A stretch of DNA of 53,244 bases from positions 1-53,244 of the forward strand of contig CAUOVX010000001.1 in the NCBI GenBank assembly GCA_963508115.1, in the 5' to 3' direction. A program made the position numbers and the translations under genes. Below are positions 28,841 to 38,378 of the stretch, piece after piece. The stretch comes from an uncultured Candidatus Saccharibacteria bacterium (GTDB lineage: Bacteria; Patescibacteriota; Saccharimonadia; Saccharimonadales; Saccharimonadaceae). The notes below the pieces were generated by a model. It was not told where the DNA came from and ran no database searches. It was given only the letters and a program-made list of their open reading frames with translations. Each line of letters opens with the position of its first letter. Positions within the stretch are counted from its first letter, which is position 1.

Positions 28841-30193
28841 ATGAAAGAACAAGCAATCTGGCAGGGAGTGTTGGGTCAGTTAGAATTGACTATTCCGTCT
28901 TCTTCGTTTTCTGCATGGTTCACAAAAACAAAATTAGAACTAGTTTCTGATAAAGAAGCGGTTATTATTGTGCCAAATATTTTCGTAGAGGCACAGCTAG
29001 AGAAAAAGTTTCATACCGATATTCAAGAAGCTTTAAAATCAAATGGTTTTGAAGGAGTGGTGCGATATCGGATCGGTTCTGGTTCACGAAAAAAGACCAT
29101 TAACCGGGATCAGCCAGAAGAGACTGCTCGCCCGACAGAACGTCGCATCATCGCCCCAACGCAAAAAAACAATAGCAATCTCAATCCGCGCTATACGTTT
29201 GATAACTTTATCGTTGGCTCAAGCAACGACCTGGCTTATGCTGCCTGCCAAGCGGTCGCCTCACACCCCGGCCTCAAATACAATCCACTCTATTTGTATG
29301 GCGGTTCAGGTCTTGGTAAAACCCACCTCATGCAAGCAGTTGGCAATGAAATTATCAAACAACAGCCGTCAGCTCGGGTGCTATACACGACAACTGAAGC
29401 ATTTGTGAACGAATTTTTGGATTATATTCGTTTCAAGAAAAAGGGTTTTTCTGATAAATATCGCAATGTTGATGTGTTAATCGTTGATGATATGCAATTT
29501 ATCGCTGGTAAAGAAAAAACCCAGGATGAATTTTTTCACACCTTCAATGACCTCCATCAAAACAACAAACAAATTATCATCAGCTCTGATAAACCACCCA
29601 AGAGCATCCCTACTCTCACCGACCGACTGCGCAGCCGTTTTGAATGGGGTATGGCAATTGATATTCAGATGCCTGACTATGAAACACGGTGCGCCATCGT
29701 CAAAGCAAAAGCTAGCCTCAGTGGCACTGAGTTAGAATCGGGAGTTGTTGAATATTTGGCAGCTAATTTTAAAACCAATATCCGAGAGTTAGAGGGCGCG
29801 CTTAACCGTCTGTTGGCCTACGCTGATATGCAGGGTTTTGTGCCAGATGTGGCGGCGGCCGAAAGTGTCTTGGGTGACATGAAACGGGTTCGCCCACAAC
29901 ATATTACCGCTAAGCAGATTATCGATCGGACGGCGCGCTATTTTAATCTCGATCCAAAAGATATGTGTTCAGCCAGGCGCGATAAATTTATCGTCCAGCC
30001 ACGACAGATTGCCATGTATCTGTTGCGTAGCGAATTGAAAATGAGTTTCCCAAAAATCGCTCAAGAACTTGGTCGTAAAGACCACACCACAGCCATGCAT
30101 TCTGTCGAAAAAATTACCAAGGAAAGTTTAACTAACCAGCTGGTGCGCGAACAAATCAATGACGTCAAGGATAAACTCTATGTGCAAAATTAG
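28841..30193 (+). CDS. dnaA: Chromosomal replication initiator DnaA
   Basis: LNPRYTFDNF, YNPLYLYGGSGLGKTHL, DDMQF, RLRSRF, NIRELEGAL, RDHTT-like KDHTT; ATG 28841 preferred over GTG 28826. Confidence 0.98.
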   Translation: MKEQAIWQGVLGQLELTIPSSSFSAWFTKTKLELVSDKEAVIIVPNIFVEAQLEKKFHTDIQEALKSNGFEGVVRYRIGSGSRKKTINRDQPEETARPTERRIIAPTQKNNSNLNPRYTFDNFIVGSSNDLAYAACQAVASHPGLKYNPLYLYGGSGLGKTHLMQAVGNEIIKQQPSARVLYTTTEAFVNEFLDYIRFKKKGFSDKYRNVDVLIVDDMQFIAGKEKTQDEFFHTFNDLHQNNKQIIISSDKPPKSIPTLTDRLRSRFEWGMAIDIQMPDYETRCAIVKAKASLSGTELESGVVEYLAANFKTNIRELEGALNRLLAYADMQGFVPDVAAAESVLGDMKRVRPQHITAKQIIDRTARYFNLDPKDMCSARRDKFIVQPRQIAMYLLRSELKMSFPKIAQELGRKDHTTAMHSVEKITKESLTNQLVREQINDVKDKLYVQN

Positions 30194-30420
30194 TGGAAAA
30201 CCTGTGCAAGACCTATGGAATTCTGTTCGCAGCCTGCGACTAACCTTGTGGCAAAGTATGGCGGGCTCCGTATGGCTGTGGTTTAACTCAACCTTATCCA
30301 CTATCTTATACCAAGTTACTCCACAAACCTATCCACAGCTTTTATCGCCTATTTACCTCTGTTTGAATAATTGTTTTACTCAGTTTCCACAGCACCTATT
30401 ATTACTAACACCAGATAAAA
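30192..30420. other. oriC part 2: DnaA boxes and DnaA-trio unwinding element between dnaA and dnaN
   Basis: TTATCCACT 30294, TACTCCACA 30317, CTATCCACA 30329, tandem TTTTACTCA/GTTTCCACA 30374-30391, GCACC spacer, TAT-TAT-TAC-TAA 30397-30408, then an A-rich tract. Confidence 0.88.
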
Positions 30421-30447
30421 AATAAGAAAGGTTATATAATAGTCACT

Positions 30448-31548
30448 ATGAAGCTCTCAGTCACACAAGAAAATTTCGCAAAAGCACTTAGTAATATTGG
30501 GCGGGTGGCTTCTGGTCGCGTTGAACTTCCCATCTTGAACAATATTTTACTCCGTACGGATGGGGGGAGATTGTTGATCGCGGCTACCAACTTAGAGATT
30601 GCCTCTACTCAATACATTGGTGCCAAAATACAATCGCCAGGTTCGATCACTATCCCGGCACGGCTAATCTCAGAATTTATCTCAACGCTACCGAGTGGTA
30701 CTATTAATCTTGAGGTGAAAGATAACCATCTACATATCACTTCTGGTAAATTTAAATCTGTCATCAACGGCGTTGTCGCCGATGAGTTTCCGGAACTACC
30801 GACCATCAACGAAGACGCAGCGGTGCGCTACGAAATCGCCACTGATGATCTGAAAAAAGCAGTATCACAAACTATCTTGGCAGCTAGTTCTGATATGGCT
30901 CGGGCGGTACTGACTGGCGTGTATTGGCATACGTTTGAAAATGAGCTATATCTAGCGGCGACTGACGGCTACCGGTTGGCTGAGCGAAAACTCATGAAAG
31001 CGGATGGTGAAGTTGCAGCCATCATCCCGACGTCTGCCTTGCAAGAAGTGATTCGTAGCTTGAGTGACGCTACAGAAACTGTCGTGATATTATTTGGTGA
31101 TGATCAAGTTTGTTTCCAGACACCAGAGCTAGAAATTATCAGCCGCTTGATCGATGGAAAATTTCCAGATTATCGCCAGCTGATTCCTCAGCAGTCACAA
31201 ACGGAAATCATCGTTTCGCGCGCCGACCTCAGCCGCATTACCAAAGTTGCTAGTCTGTTCGCTCGAGATTCAGGCGGCGGCGTTACTATCAATGCTTCAG
31301 CTGAAAATAACATCATCTCCATCCACTCCATTGCCTCAGAACTTGGTGAAAATACTTCAGAAGCTACCGCTAAGATTTCCGCTGATGGTCAGATTACGCT
31401 CAATTCTCGGTACTTGACTGAGGCGTTAAATGTCACCGACGGAGATGAAGTGTCGTTTGCCTTCAGTGGTAAACTCTCTCCTTGTATCATCCAATCTACG
31501 GCGAAAAAACGTGATTATATCCACATCATTATGCCACTAAAAAGTTAG
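30448..31548 (+). CDS. dnaN: DNA polymerase III beta clamp
   Basis: PILNNILL, ATNLE, GSITIPA, ATDGYRLA, SRLIDGKFPDY, C-terminal IIMPL. Confidence 0.97.
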   Translation: MKLSVTQENFAKALSNIGRVASGRVELPILNNILLRTDGGRLLIAATNLEIASTQYIGAKIQSPGSITIPARLISEFISTLPSGTINLEVKDNHLHITSGKFKSVINGVVADEFPELPTINEDAAVRYEIATDDLKKAVSQTILAASSDMARAVLTGVYWHTFENELYLAATDGYRLAERKLMKADGEVAAIIPTSALQEVIRSLSDATETVVILFGDDQVCFQTPELEIISRLIDGKFPDYRQLIPQQSQTEIIVSRADLSRITKVASLFARDSGGGVTINASAENNIISIHSIASELGENTSEATAKISADGQITLNSRYLTEALNVTDGDEVSFAFSGKLSPCIIQSTAKKRDYIHIIMPLKS

Positions 31549-31549
31549 G

Positions 31550-32278
31550 TTAATAATCACGGAACTTGTAGCACCATGATGGACGTCCATTGCCACATGG
31601 TACAGCGGCTCGACTATCTTTTTCTTTCTTGGTCGGTATGATGTAATTATTTACCTTCATATCGTAGTTATCTGGCGTCGCGCCAAGTTTAGCTAATTTC
31701 TCTAATATTTGACTCAGGAGAGCCTCGCCATTACGCCCGGCCATGGTGATACAGATGCCAATTTTATGCGATTTCTTGATATCCGTGCGATACGGCTGGC
31801 AAGAAAATACTCGATAGTCTCTGTCCTCAAATGGTAAGTGTTGCAATATCGGGTTGGCTTTATCGATCTCTTTACCAACCCTATTCACTTCTCGACTACC
31901 TAGACCATCTAATACCTTGGCGTATTTTTTCTGTTTCAGTTCATTTTTTGCTTTGTCGGTTTTTGGCGTCAGGGCGAATAATAATTTTCGCTCCTTCCCT
32001 TTTTCCAGATCAAGTTCAACGGTATATGTGTCATAGCCGTCAGCGCTAAAACTAAAAGTATGTTTACCGCTTTTAACCGCTACGGGCTTGTCAGACTTGA
32101 TGACCTGATTTTTCACTGAGTCGTACGACATTTTAACAGTCTCTGGAGCAAAGGTCGCCAGTAATGTAGTATCGTGCGTGACTGTTTGAAATACATAATA
32201 TGAGATAAACGCAACAATCAGCGCGCCGATAATCACTGCACCGCCAATAATTTTTTGCTTTGTGATGACTGGCTGCAT
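31550..32278 (-). CDS. Membrane-anchored hypothetical protein with PEGA-like domain (last gene of the T4SS operon)
   Basis: N-terminal TM; V.SG.HTF.FSADGY..Y...L PEGA-like pattern; C-terminal Cys pairs. Confidence 0.65.
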   Translation of the reverse strand: MQPVITKQKIIGGAVIIGALIVAFISYYVFQTVTHDTTLLATFAPETVKMSYDSVKNQVIKSDKPVAVKSGKHTFSFSADGYDTYTVELDLEKGKERKLLFALTPKTDKAKNELKQKKYAKVLDGLGSREVNRVGKEIDKANPILQHLPFEDRDYRVFSCQPYRTDIKKSHKIGICITMAGRNGEALLSQILEKLAKLGATPDNYDMKVNNYIIPTKKEKDSRAAVPCGNGRPSWCYKFRDY

Positions 32279-32290
32279 GATATTTCCTTT

Positions 32291-33523
32291 CTAGGTTTTG
32301 TTTGATTGAATGACGCGAACCAAGATATTACCTGGTTGAGTGAGTTGATAGTCAACAGATCCTTGCTTGATGAATATCGGTACTGTATCTCCAAGGGAGG
32401 CATTAGCGGCGACGTAACCTCCACCGACGTCACCAGTGTAAATCAAAGTATGTCCGTAGCCACCATGGCTTGGGTGGAGGAGGATATCACCTGGCTGCAA
32501 GTCTGAAGCAGATGGACGATCGATGATTTTGAATTTTTCTGGATGAGATTTTACGTAAGTATACTGATCAGTGGTGCCAATTGGCTGGTAATCTTTGTCT
32601 GCACCAGAAGTACGCAGCACCGTCGCTACGAATCGACCACAGTCAGTATCCGAACTACCGACGACACTTGGGTTATTCTTTTTGACTGCATCGATATATT
32701 CAGCCTTAGCCGTCTGGTTATTAGCCCCTTTGTCAGTATTTGGATTCCACGCCAACTGCTTGGCTGTATCGACGATGCTCTGCCCGGCGACACTAGACCC
32801 ATTACCACTACAACCAGTTGCTGATGCTGAACTAATTTGTGCACCACTCGAATCACCACCGGCGCTTGCCGCGATTTTTGACGGATCGCCGTCTTGGATT
32901 TTACCCTTGTAGCTGTTGAAAATCTCAGAGGCATACTGGGCACGGTTACCTTCTTCGCCTGCACCATACCGCTCAAATGTTTCACCAAACTCAACCGCCA
33001 AAGCACTGACACTGCTACCCGATTTATCAGTGTGTTTAAGCAGTACTTTCAGACCAGCATTTTCTGCCCCATTCAGCTCCTCCCAGAGGTATTCTAGCTG
33101 CCCTTCGATGGTGCTATAATTTGGCTTTTTTTCTAGATTAGTGCGGCGCCCGCCTAACCACTGCGCGATACCGTATGCACCAATACTGTTGAGGGCGCTC
33201 GGATCAATGCGAGATTCCTGCTGGAGGTTACCAGCCACCGCTGCTGCTTGTACTAACGTTAGACCTTTGCCGGTAAAAAACTTAAGAACTTTTTCTACGT
33301 TTTCACCAGAAAGTTCACCAGTCGCGGTATTTTGGGTTGAGCAGATTTGACCGTTTGGATTGTTGATATTGATGTCATTGAGAATATAGTCTTGGTAAGG
33401 AATACCGGCCGGTTGATCCTTCTTCTTTTCTTTGTCTTTCTCTGGCGCTGCTGAAGAATTGGCGGTCAAAAATATGATACAACTTACCAAAGCTAACAGT
33501 AGACCAATAGTTACTCGTTTCAT
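32291..33523 (-). CDS. Secreted two-domain peptidoglycan hydrolase: phage-tail-lysozyme domain + NlpC/P60/CHAP-like domain (VirB1 analogue)
   Basis: Signal peptide from MKRVTIG (ATG 33523, ATGA overlap); AAAVAGNLQQES, YGIAQW...RR, QLEYLWEEL, FER; then TDCGRFV, LQPGDIL, GHTLIY. Confidence 0.85.
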   Translation of the reverse strand: MKRVTIGLLLALVSCIIFLTANSSAAPEKDKEKKKDQPAGIPYQDYILNDININNPNGQICSTQNTATGELSGENVEKVLKFFTGKGLTLVQAAAVAGNLQQESRIDPSALNSIGAYGIAQWLGGRRTNLEKKPNYSTIEGQLEYLWEELNGAENAGLKVLLKHTDKSGSSVSALAVEFGETFERYGAGEEGNRAQYASEIFNSYKGKIQDGDPSKIAASAGGDSSGAQISSASATGCSGNGSSVAGQSIVDTAKQLAWNPNTDKGANNQTAKAEYIDAVKKNNPSVVGSSDTDCGRFVATVLRTSGADKDYQPIGTTDQYTYVKSHPEKFKIIDRPSASDLQPGDILLHPSHGGYGHTLIYTGDVGGGYVAANASLGDTVPIFIKQGSVDYQLTQPGNILVRVIQSNKT

Positions 33524-36500
33524 TGTACTCTCCTTGCATAATCCCAGTGCCACGGCTCATCTTTATACCAGCCAGGATTATTACGATCTCTTGCCCATGG
33601 TGGGTTAACAAAGCCATATTTTGAGGCATTTGATGCTAGCCACAGATAAATTGGCGTATTAAAACCTGAACCACCTATATTAATATCTAGGGCTAGTCCA
33701 TGTCCATGTTTTGATGTTCCTGGAGTTGCTTGTGTTATACCGCTTGAGAAGTAATCTTGTTGTGTTGCTAATGTACGGTATGATTCGGTAATTGTCATGT
33801 GTTGACCACCGTGTTCTTGAGCATAGGCTTCATTCATAGCATCGAAAGCTTGAGCGGCCTTTGGATGCATGTAATGTCCTGGTGCAGTTTTCAACTCACT
33901 CATGGCTGACAGTGGAATCTCACCGTTTCTGTGTCCACCCCACGACGCAGGTTCATTTCCAAAAGTCTGTGCTTCTTCTAATTCCGGTGGACCGATAGCG
34001 TCGCCGACTGGTCCGCTACTTGGCTGTTGTGCCCCAGTATTGGCTGATGGATCATCAATTTCTTTTGGATAATATTTACCTTCTTTGTCGTCAGCCATCA
34101 AGGCCAGGTTGCCAGCTACGGTTAACTCCAAGGCACAGGGGTCAGCCATACTGTACGTCGGGACTAAGTCGCCTTCATGAATCCCATAGCTCGCTTCACG
34201 CTCTTTGGCTTTGGCTGAACAGACAGCATCAGTGTACTGACTTGGATCGGCTTTATATACCGCTTCATCACTAAAGCCATGCCATGTCACACCGAAGGCC
34301 CGCAGAACGGCCGCTTGATCGTATTTAGCAGCGTGAGTGTTGGCTGGTGTAACAGCGGACGCTAGAGCGACCGGTGCGCGTGCAATCAACCGCATAGTGG
34401 AAAAACCGGAAGTTGGCATAACGGCTAGTAACTGTCCAGCCACCGAACGCTTAAGTGTTGGGTCAAATAACTTCGCCATGAGTGGTTGTTCGCGGAACTC
34501 TTCGTCACGCTCTTGCTCGATCTGTTTTGCGAGCACGCTGACTTGCTGATTGGTGAGGCGTGCCCCACCGATGCCGTCTGGCTGTTTAGATCCTGAATCA
34601 GCGCCAGCTTGTCCAGCTTCAGTACTACTCTGCATAGTTGTTGTCAGTCCGCCGTGTAGAGCCTCAAAGTTATTGTTGCCCGGCGCGTCAACCCCCACCT
34701 CTGGTATACCGAACAGCAAACTCACTGCCCAACCCATGGCTTTTTCGATCAAGCCTTCAGAGAGTTCAACCAGCTGCTTCAATCCTGGCAATTCCTGTAA
34801 ATAACTAAAGAACCAGCTAAATACCTTACCGACCGTATCACCAACAAAGTCAATGATCGCGCCGAACGTACTATTCCAGGCTTCAGCTATCCCGGCCAAC
34901 ACTTGCCAAACAGGATATTTCGTAAAGGTAGTGTAGTCTTTAACAATCTTTTTTTCTGGACAGACAAGCTCACCGGGATCTAAGGCAACCACCTTTTCTT
35001 CACCACCAACCTCGCATTTGGTGCGAATACCACCGTCCTCGGCGTAAGCTGTTGGATATAGTAGTGAAGCTGCAGTGTTATTACCGCCAAACGTCGCTTG
35101 GAATATTGGTGCTGCTTCGGCGCCGTCAAATAGCGAGGTTGCTAACTCAACATGTTGAATATTATCAATTGTTCCCGCCCGGATTTGGTCTCGCGTCAAG
35201 ACCGGGCTAGCCTCTTCATCATAAGTGAACGCGGTATACAACTGTTTCTTTTGGTCAGCTCCGACAATTTCGATAATCTTTTCATTAACTGCTCCAACAA
35301 TCTTCGCAACCAAATCAATTGCTCCAATGATGGCGTTTGCAGCTGCTATTTTCTTAAACAGTTGCTTACTGATGATTTTGCCTAGCGGTGTGTCCGGTGC
35401 TGCTTTGGACAGAGAATCGATATTATTAAGAGCTTCTTTTTGACCTTTAATTTTTTTCACCTTTTCATCAGCTTTTGTTTTATTGTCACCTGTCGCTTTT
35501 TCAGCCTCTTTTTCTGCTTCGCTAATCTTACTATCAAGGTCGTTATTTAATTTATCTAACGTGTCTTGGCATTTTTTAGCGTCAGTACCATCCAAACATC
35601 CTAAATACGCTGCAAAACGAGGCGACATTTTAGCGGTGATACGTGTATTCATATTTAGCTTAATCTTAGCCTTAAAGTCAGCATATTTTTGACCAGCTTT
35701 TTCTGGTATGATGTTAAACTTTTTCACACCGTATTTTCGGTACAATACACGTTTAGACAGATAGCGCATGAAGTAGTTGCGCCCATGGACTTTACGCGTC
35801 ATTTTTTTGATATGACGACGCATATCTTTGTGAGATAATTCCTTTTCTACCCCCTGCAGGACAGAGTTCATATCTTTTGACTCAAGATGCATGGTAAATG
35901 AGGTCGCTTTACCACCCAGGGTGTTTCTACCACTTGCATTAAAGACGGCCTTGACATTCCTTCCCTCTTTCTCAAACTTCGCATCAAGTTGTTTTTCAAA
36001 CCACGTACTGTATTTTGTGGCTCCTAAGTGACACAACACACCACCGCCAGCACAAAATACGATGTTTGCGTCACCAGGATATGCGGTTTGCATCATTTTC
36101 ATGGCAACCCAACGCGTGGTGATATATTCTAGTCGCTGGTTGATGGCGTGTTGTGGCACAGAGCTGAGCTGGTCGGTGATGGTGGAGACCATGGCATCAA
36201 GCTTATATGGCAAAATTGTGAAAAATAACATCATTAAGCCAAATAATCCTCCACCAATGCCGGCTGTGGCGCCCCATTTTTTGCGAGTCATATTTGCCAA
36301 GAATTTACCGCGACCTCTGCCGCCAGCCTTGCCTAAAGGAGACCGAGAATACAGCTGTTCTTGACTATTAACATTATCCGCGGCGTTGAGTCCGTCGTCT
36401 TTTTTGTCGCCATCATAAAAATTATCATTGGCGGCATTATTCTCCATAGAATTTAGATATTTAGACGTTTGTTCAGAGGCTGGATTGAGCCGTTCATCAA

Positions 36501-36534
36501 CATCTGGATCGGTCGTATAATCAATCCGCGCCAT
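33520..36534 (-). CDS. Large membrane-anchored T4SS-associated protein with C-terminal M15B (VanY-like) Zn peptidase domain
   Basis: TM at about aa 89-110; C-terminal ESYRT...Q, PGTSKHGHGLALD (SxHxxGxAxD), EPWHWDY. Confidence 0.82.
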   Translation of the reverse strand: MARIDYTTDPDVDERLNPASEQTSKYLNSMENNAANDNFYDGDKKDDGLNAADNVNSQEQLYSRSPLGKAGGRGRGKFLANMTRKKWGATAGIGGGLFGLMMLFFTILPYKLDAMVSTITDQLSSVPQHAINQRLEYITTRWVAMKMMQTAYPGDANIVFCAGGGVLCHLGATKYSTWFEKQLDAKFEKEGRNVKAVFNASGRNTLGGKATSFTMHLESKDMNSVLQGVEKELSHKDMRRHIKKMTRKVHGRNYFMRYLSKRVLYRKYGVKKFNIIPEKAGQKYADFKAKIKLNMNTRITAKMSPRFAAYLGCLDGTDAKKCQDTLDKLNNDLDSKISEAEKEAEKATGDNKTKADEKVKKIKGQKEALNNIDSLSKAAPDTPLGKIISKQLFKKIAAANAIIGAIDLVAKIVGAVNEKIIEIVGADQKKQLYTAFTYDEEASPVLTRDQIRAGTIDNIQHVELATSLFDGAEAAPIFQATFGGNNTAASLLYPTAYAEDGGIRTKCEVGGEEKVVALDPGELVCPEKKIVKDYTTFTKYPVWQVLAGIAEAWNSTFGAIIDFVGDTVGKVFSWFFSYLQELPGLKQLVELSEGLIEKAMGWAVSLLFGIPEVGVDAPGNNNFEALHGGLTTTMQSSTEAGQAGADSGSKQPDGIGGARLTNQQVSVLAKQIEQERDEEFREQPLMAKLFDPTLKRSVAGQLLAVMPTSGFSTMRLIARAPVALASAVTPANTHAAKYDQAAVLRAFGVTWHGFSDEAVYKADPSQYTDAVCSAKAKEREASYGIHEGDLVPTYSMADPCALELTVAGNLALMADDKEGKYYPKEIDDPSANTGAQQPSSGPVGDAIGPPELEEAQTFGNEPASWGGHRNGEIPLSAMSELKTAPGHYMHPKAAQAFDAMNEAYAQEHGGQHMTITESYRTLATQQDYFSSGITQATPGTSKHGHGLALDINIGGSGFNTPIYLWLASNASKYGFVNPPWARDRNNPGWYKDEPWHWDYARRVQ

Positions 36535-36536
36535 GA

Positions 36537-38378
36537 TTATACTGCTCCATATCCACCAATTGGTGTTTCAGACGGAAGTTGTTGTTTTACGGGTGAAGTA
36601 TTGATTAGATCATACTCAGTATCACTGGCCTGAATCTGGATATGTACGTGGTTTTGTCCAGCAAAGAACAGACCTTGTCCAACGGGGAAATTCGCCAAGC
36701 GCTTTTGTTCTTCCTCGGTTAACTTAAACACACTAGAAAGCACATCAACAGCACTGGATGATTGTTTAAGGAGTAGCTGCATGGATGAATTGGCGACGAT
36801 AGCGCGGCCCATTTTACTGCCCACAAAGTCCTCGACGTCCTGGGTGATTGTGGTAAGTCCTAGTTGATATTTTCGGGCTCGTTTCGCCAGGCTAAACAAG
36901 AAGCTGGCTGAGTCTTCATATTTCATCAATTGCCATGCCTCGTCAACGATCAACATACGCTTTTTCTGGTCGGTTCGAGTGATATTCCAGATGTGATTTA
37001 ATACAATATACATAGCTGTTGGGCGCAGTTCGTCCTCTAGGTCTCGGATATTAAAGACTACCATGGCGTTATTGATATCGATATTACTCTGCTGACTGAA
37101 AATACCAGCAAAGGTACCTGAGGTAAATTTACGCAGACGCTGTGCCAGTTGCGGACCAGTGCCACCCATGTGCAGCAATGTATCATACAAATCATGAATG
37201 GTTGGCGGTGTTGAATTGTGGGTCAATGGATCTGATGTGATACCAACACGAGCGTAGGTGTCGATCAATGCCTGGTCGATATCTGCTTCCTCTGCCGCGG
37301 TCAGTCCAATTGAGCCAGCCACTGAACCACCCAGCATTTGGCGTAACAAACCGTGCAGCGTCACCAAGTTGGCGCGTAACGCGTCGTCTGCTTCTTCGGT
37401 GTCGATTACTCGTGGCAAATCAAACGGATTGATGCGCGTGTCACTATTCAAACTCAGGCGCCTATGACTACCGCCAAAGGCATCACATAGCTTTTGGTAT
37501 TCATTTTCTGGGTCGATGATGACAATATCAGCGCCAGTCATCATACTGCGCAGTGCTTCCAGTTTCACGGTAAATGACTTACCAGCACCAGACTTTGCAA
37601 ACACCACCATGTTGGCATTTTCTAGAGAAAATCGGTCAAAGATCACCAAACCATTGTTATGCATATTGATGCCGTACAACACACCCTTACCGTCGGTTAG
37701 GTCAGCAGAGGTGAATGGGAAGCTGGTAGAAATAGCACCAGTGTTCATGTTGCGGCGGATTTGTAATTGATCCATCAACTGAGGGATGGTACTGTTTAAT
37801 CCCTGTTCTTGCTGGTTTGACGCTACCTTACTAAATATGAGCTGCTGACCAAAGATAGTTTCAATTTTATGCTGAATAAAGTTCAATTCATCAAGGCTGT
37901 CGGCATAAATTGTCACATATAATCCGTAACGGAAGAATTTTTCCGACCCAATCTGCAGCTGATTACGCAGCTCTTCGGCGTCCTGCAAGGCAGCTTCCAT
38001 GGCTGGGTCACGCACACGCCCCTTCTCTGCGTTGATATTCATACTAGCTTCCAACTGAGTCACTTTTTTACGCAAATTGTTCAGCACCACTTGCGTATCA
38101 ACTGGGTAGATAAACATGCTGATATCCAACACTTCGTCGATATTAATCACCGAACTCAACCAGCCAGTGTAAATTTCACGAGGATAACCATAGACGTAAA
38201 TAGTACGGCCATATTTGGCGCCCAGTCGGAAATAGCTCGCTTGAATTTCCACACTACTTGGGGCGATAAAATCTCGCAGAGTTCTCACGCCAGTCAAGAA
38301 AGCTTGCTCGACCTCGGCTTGTTCGCGAGCACGTTGTTGAGCGGCGATATCGATGGCATCTAGTTTTTTCTTAGCCAT
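36537..38378 (-). CDS. virB4: VirB4/TraE-like T4SS ATPase
   Basis: G.LYGIN, DRF...NAN.VVFAKSGAGKS (Walker A), IIDPENEY, INPFD, LIVDEAW (Walker B), RARKY, ITQDV. Confidence 0.92.
   Translation of the reverse strand: MAKKKLDAIDIAAQQRAREQAEVEQAFLTGVRTLRDFIAPSSVEIQASYFRLGAKYGRTIYVYGYPREIYTGWLSSVINIDEVLDISMFIYPVDTQVVLNNLRKKVTQLEASMNINAEKGRVRDPAMEAALQDAEELRNQLQIGSEKFFRYGLYVTIYADSLDELNFIQHKIETIFGQQLIFSKVASNQQEQGLNSTIPQLMDQLQIRRNMNTGAISTSFPFTSADLTDGKGVLYGINMHNNGLVIFDRFSLENANMVVFAKSGAGKSFTVKLEALRSMMTGADIVIIDPENEYQKLCDAFGGSHRRLSLNSDTRINPFDLPRVIDTEEADDALRANLVTLHGLLRQMLGGSVAGSIGLTAAEEADIDQALIDTYARVGITSDPLTHNSTPPTIHDLYDTLLHMGGTGPQLAQRLRKFTSGTFAGIFSQQSNIDINNAMVVFNIRDLEDELRPTAMYIVLNHIWNITRTDQKKRMLIVDEAWQLMKYEDSASFLFSLAKRARKYQLGLTTITQDVEDFVGSKMGRAIVANSSMQLLLKQSSSAVDVLSSVFKLTEEEQKRLANFPVGQGLFFAGQNHVHIQIQASDTEYDLINTSPVKQQLPSETPIGGYGAV

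Noticed and set aside
30159..30425. 88-aa ORF between dnaA and dnaN
   Set aside because: It overlaps the dnaA end and the DnaA-box/trio cluster and has no protein-like features; it is origin DNA.
32700..33350. Prophage suggested by the phage-tail lysozyme domain
   Set aside because: The domain is in a signal-peptide protein within the T4SS operon; no capsid, terminase, portal or tail genes are present.
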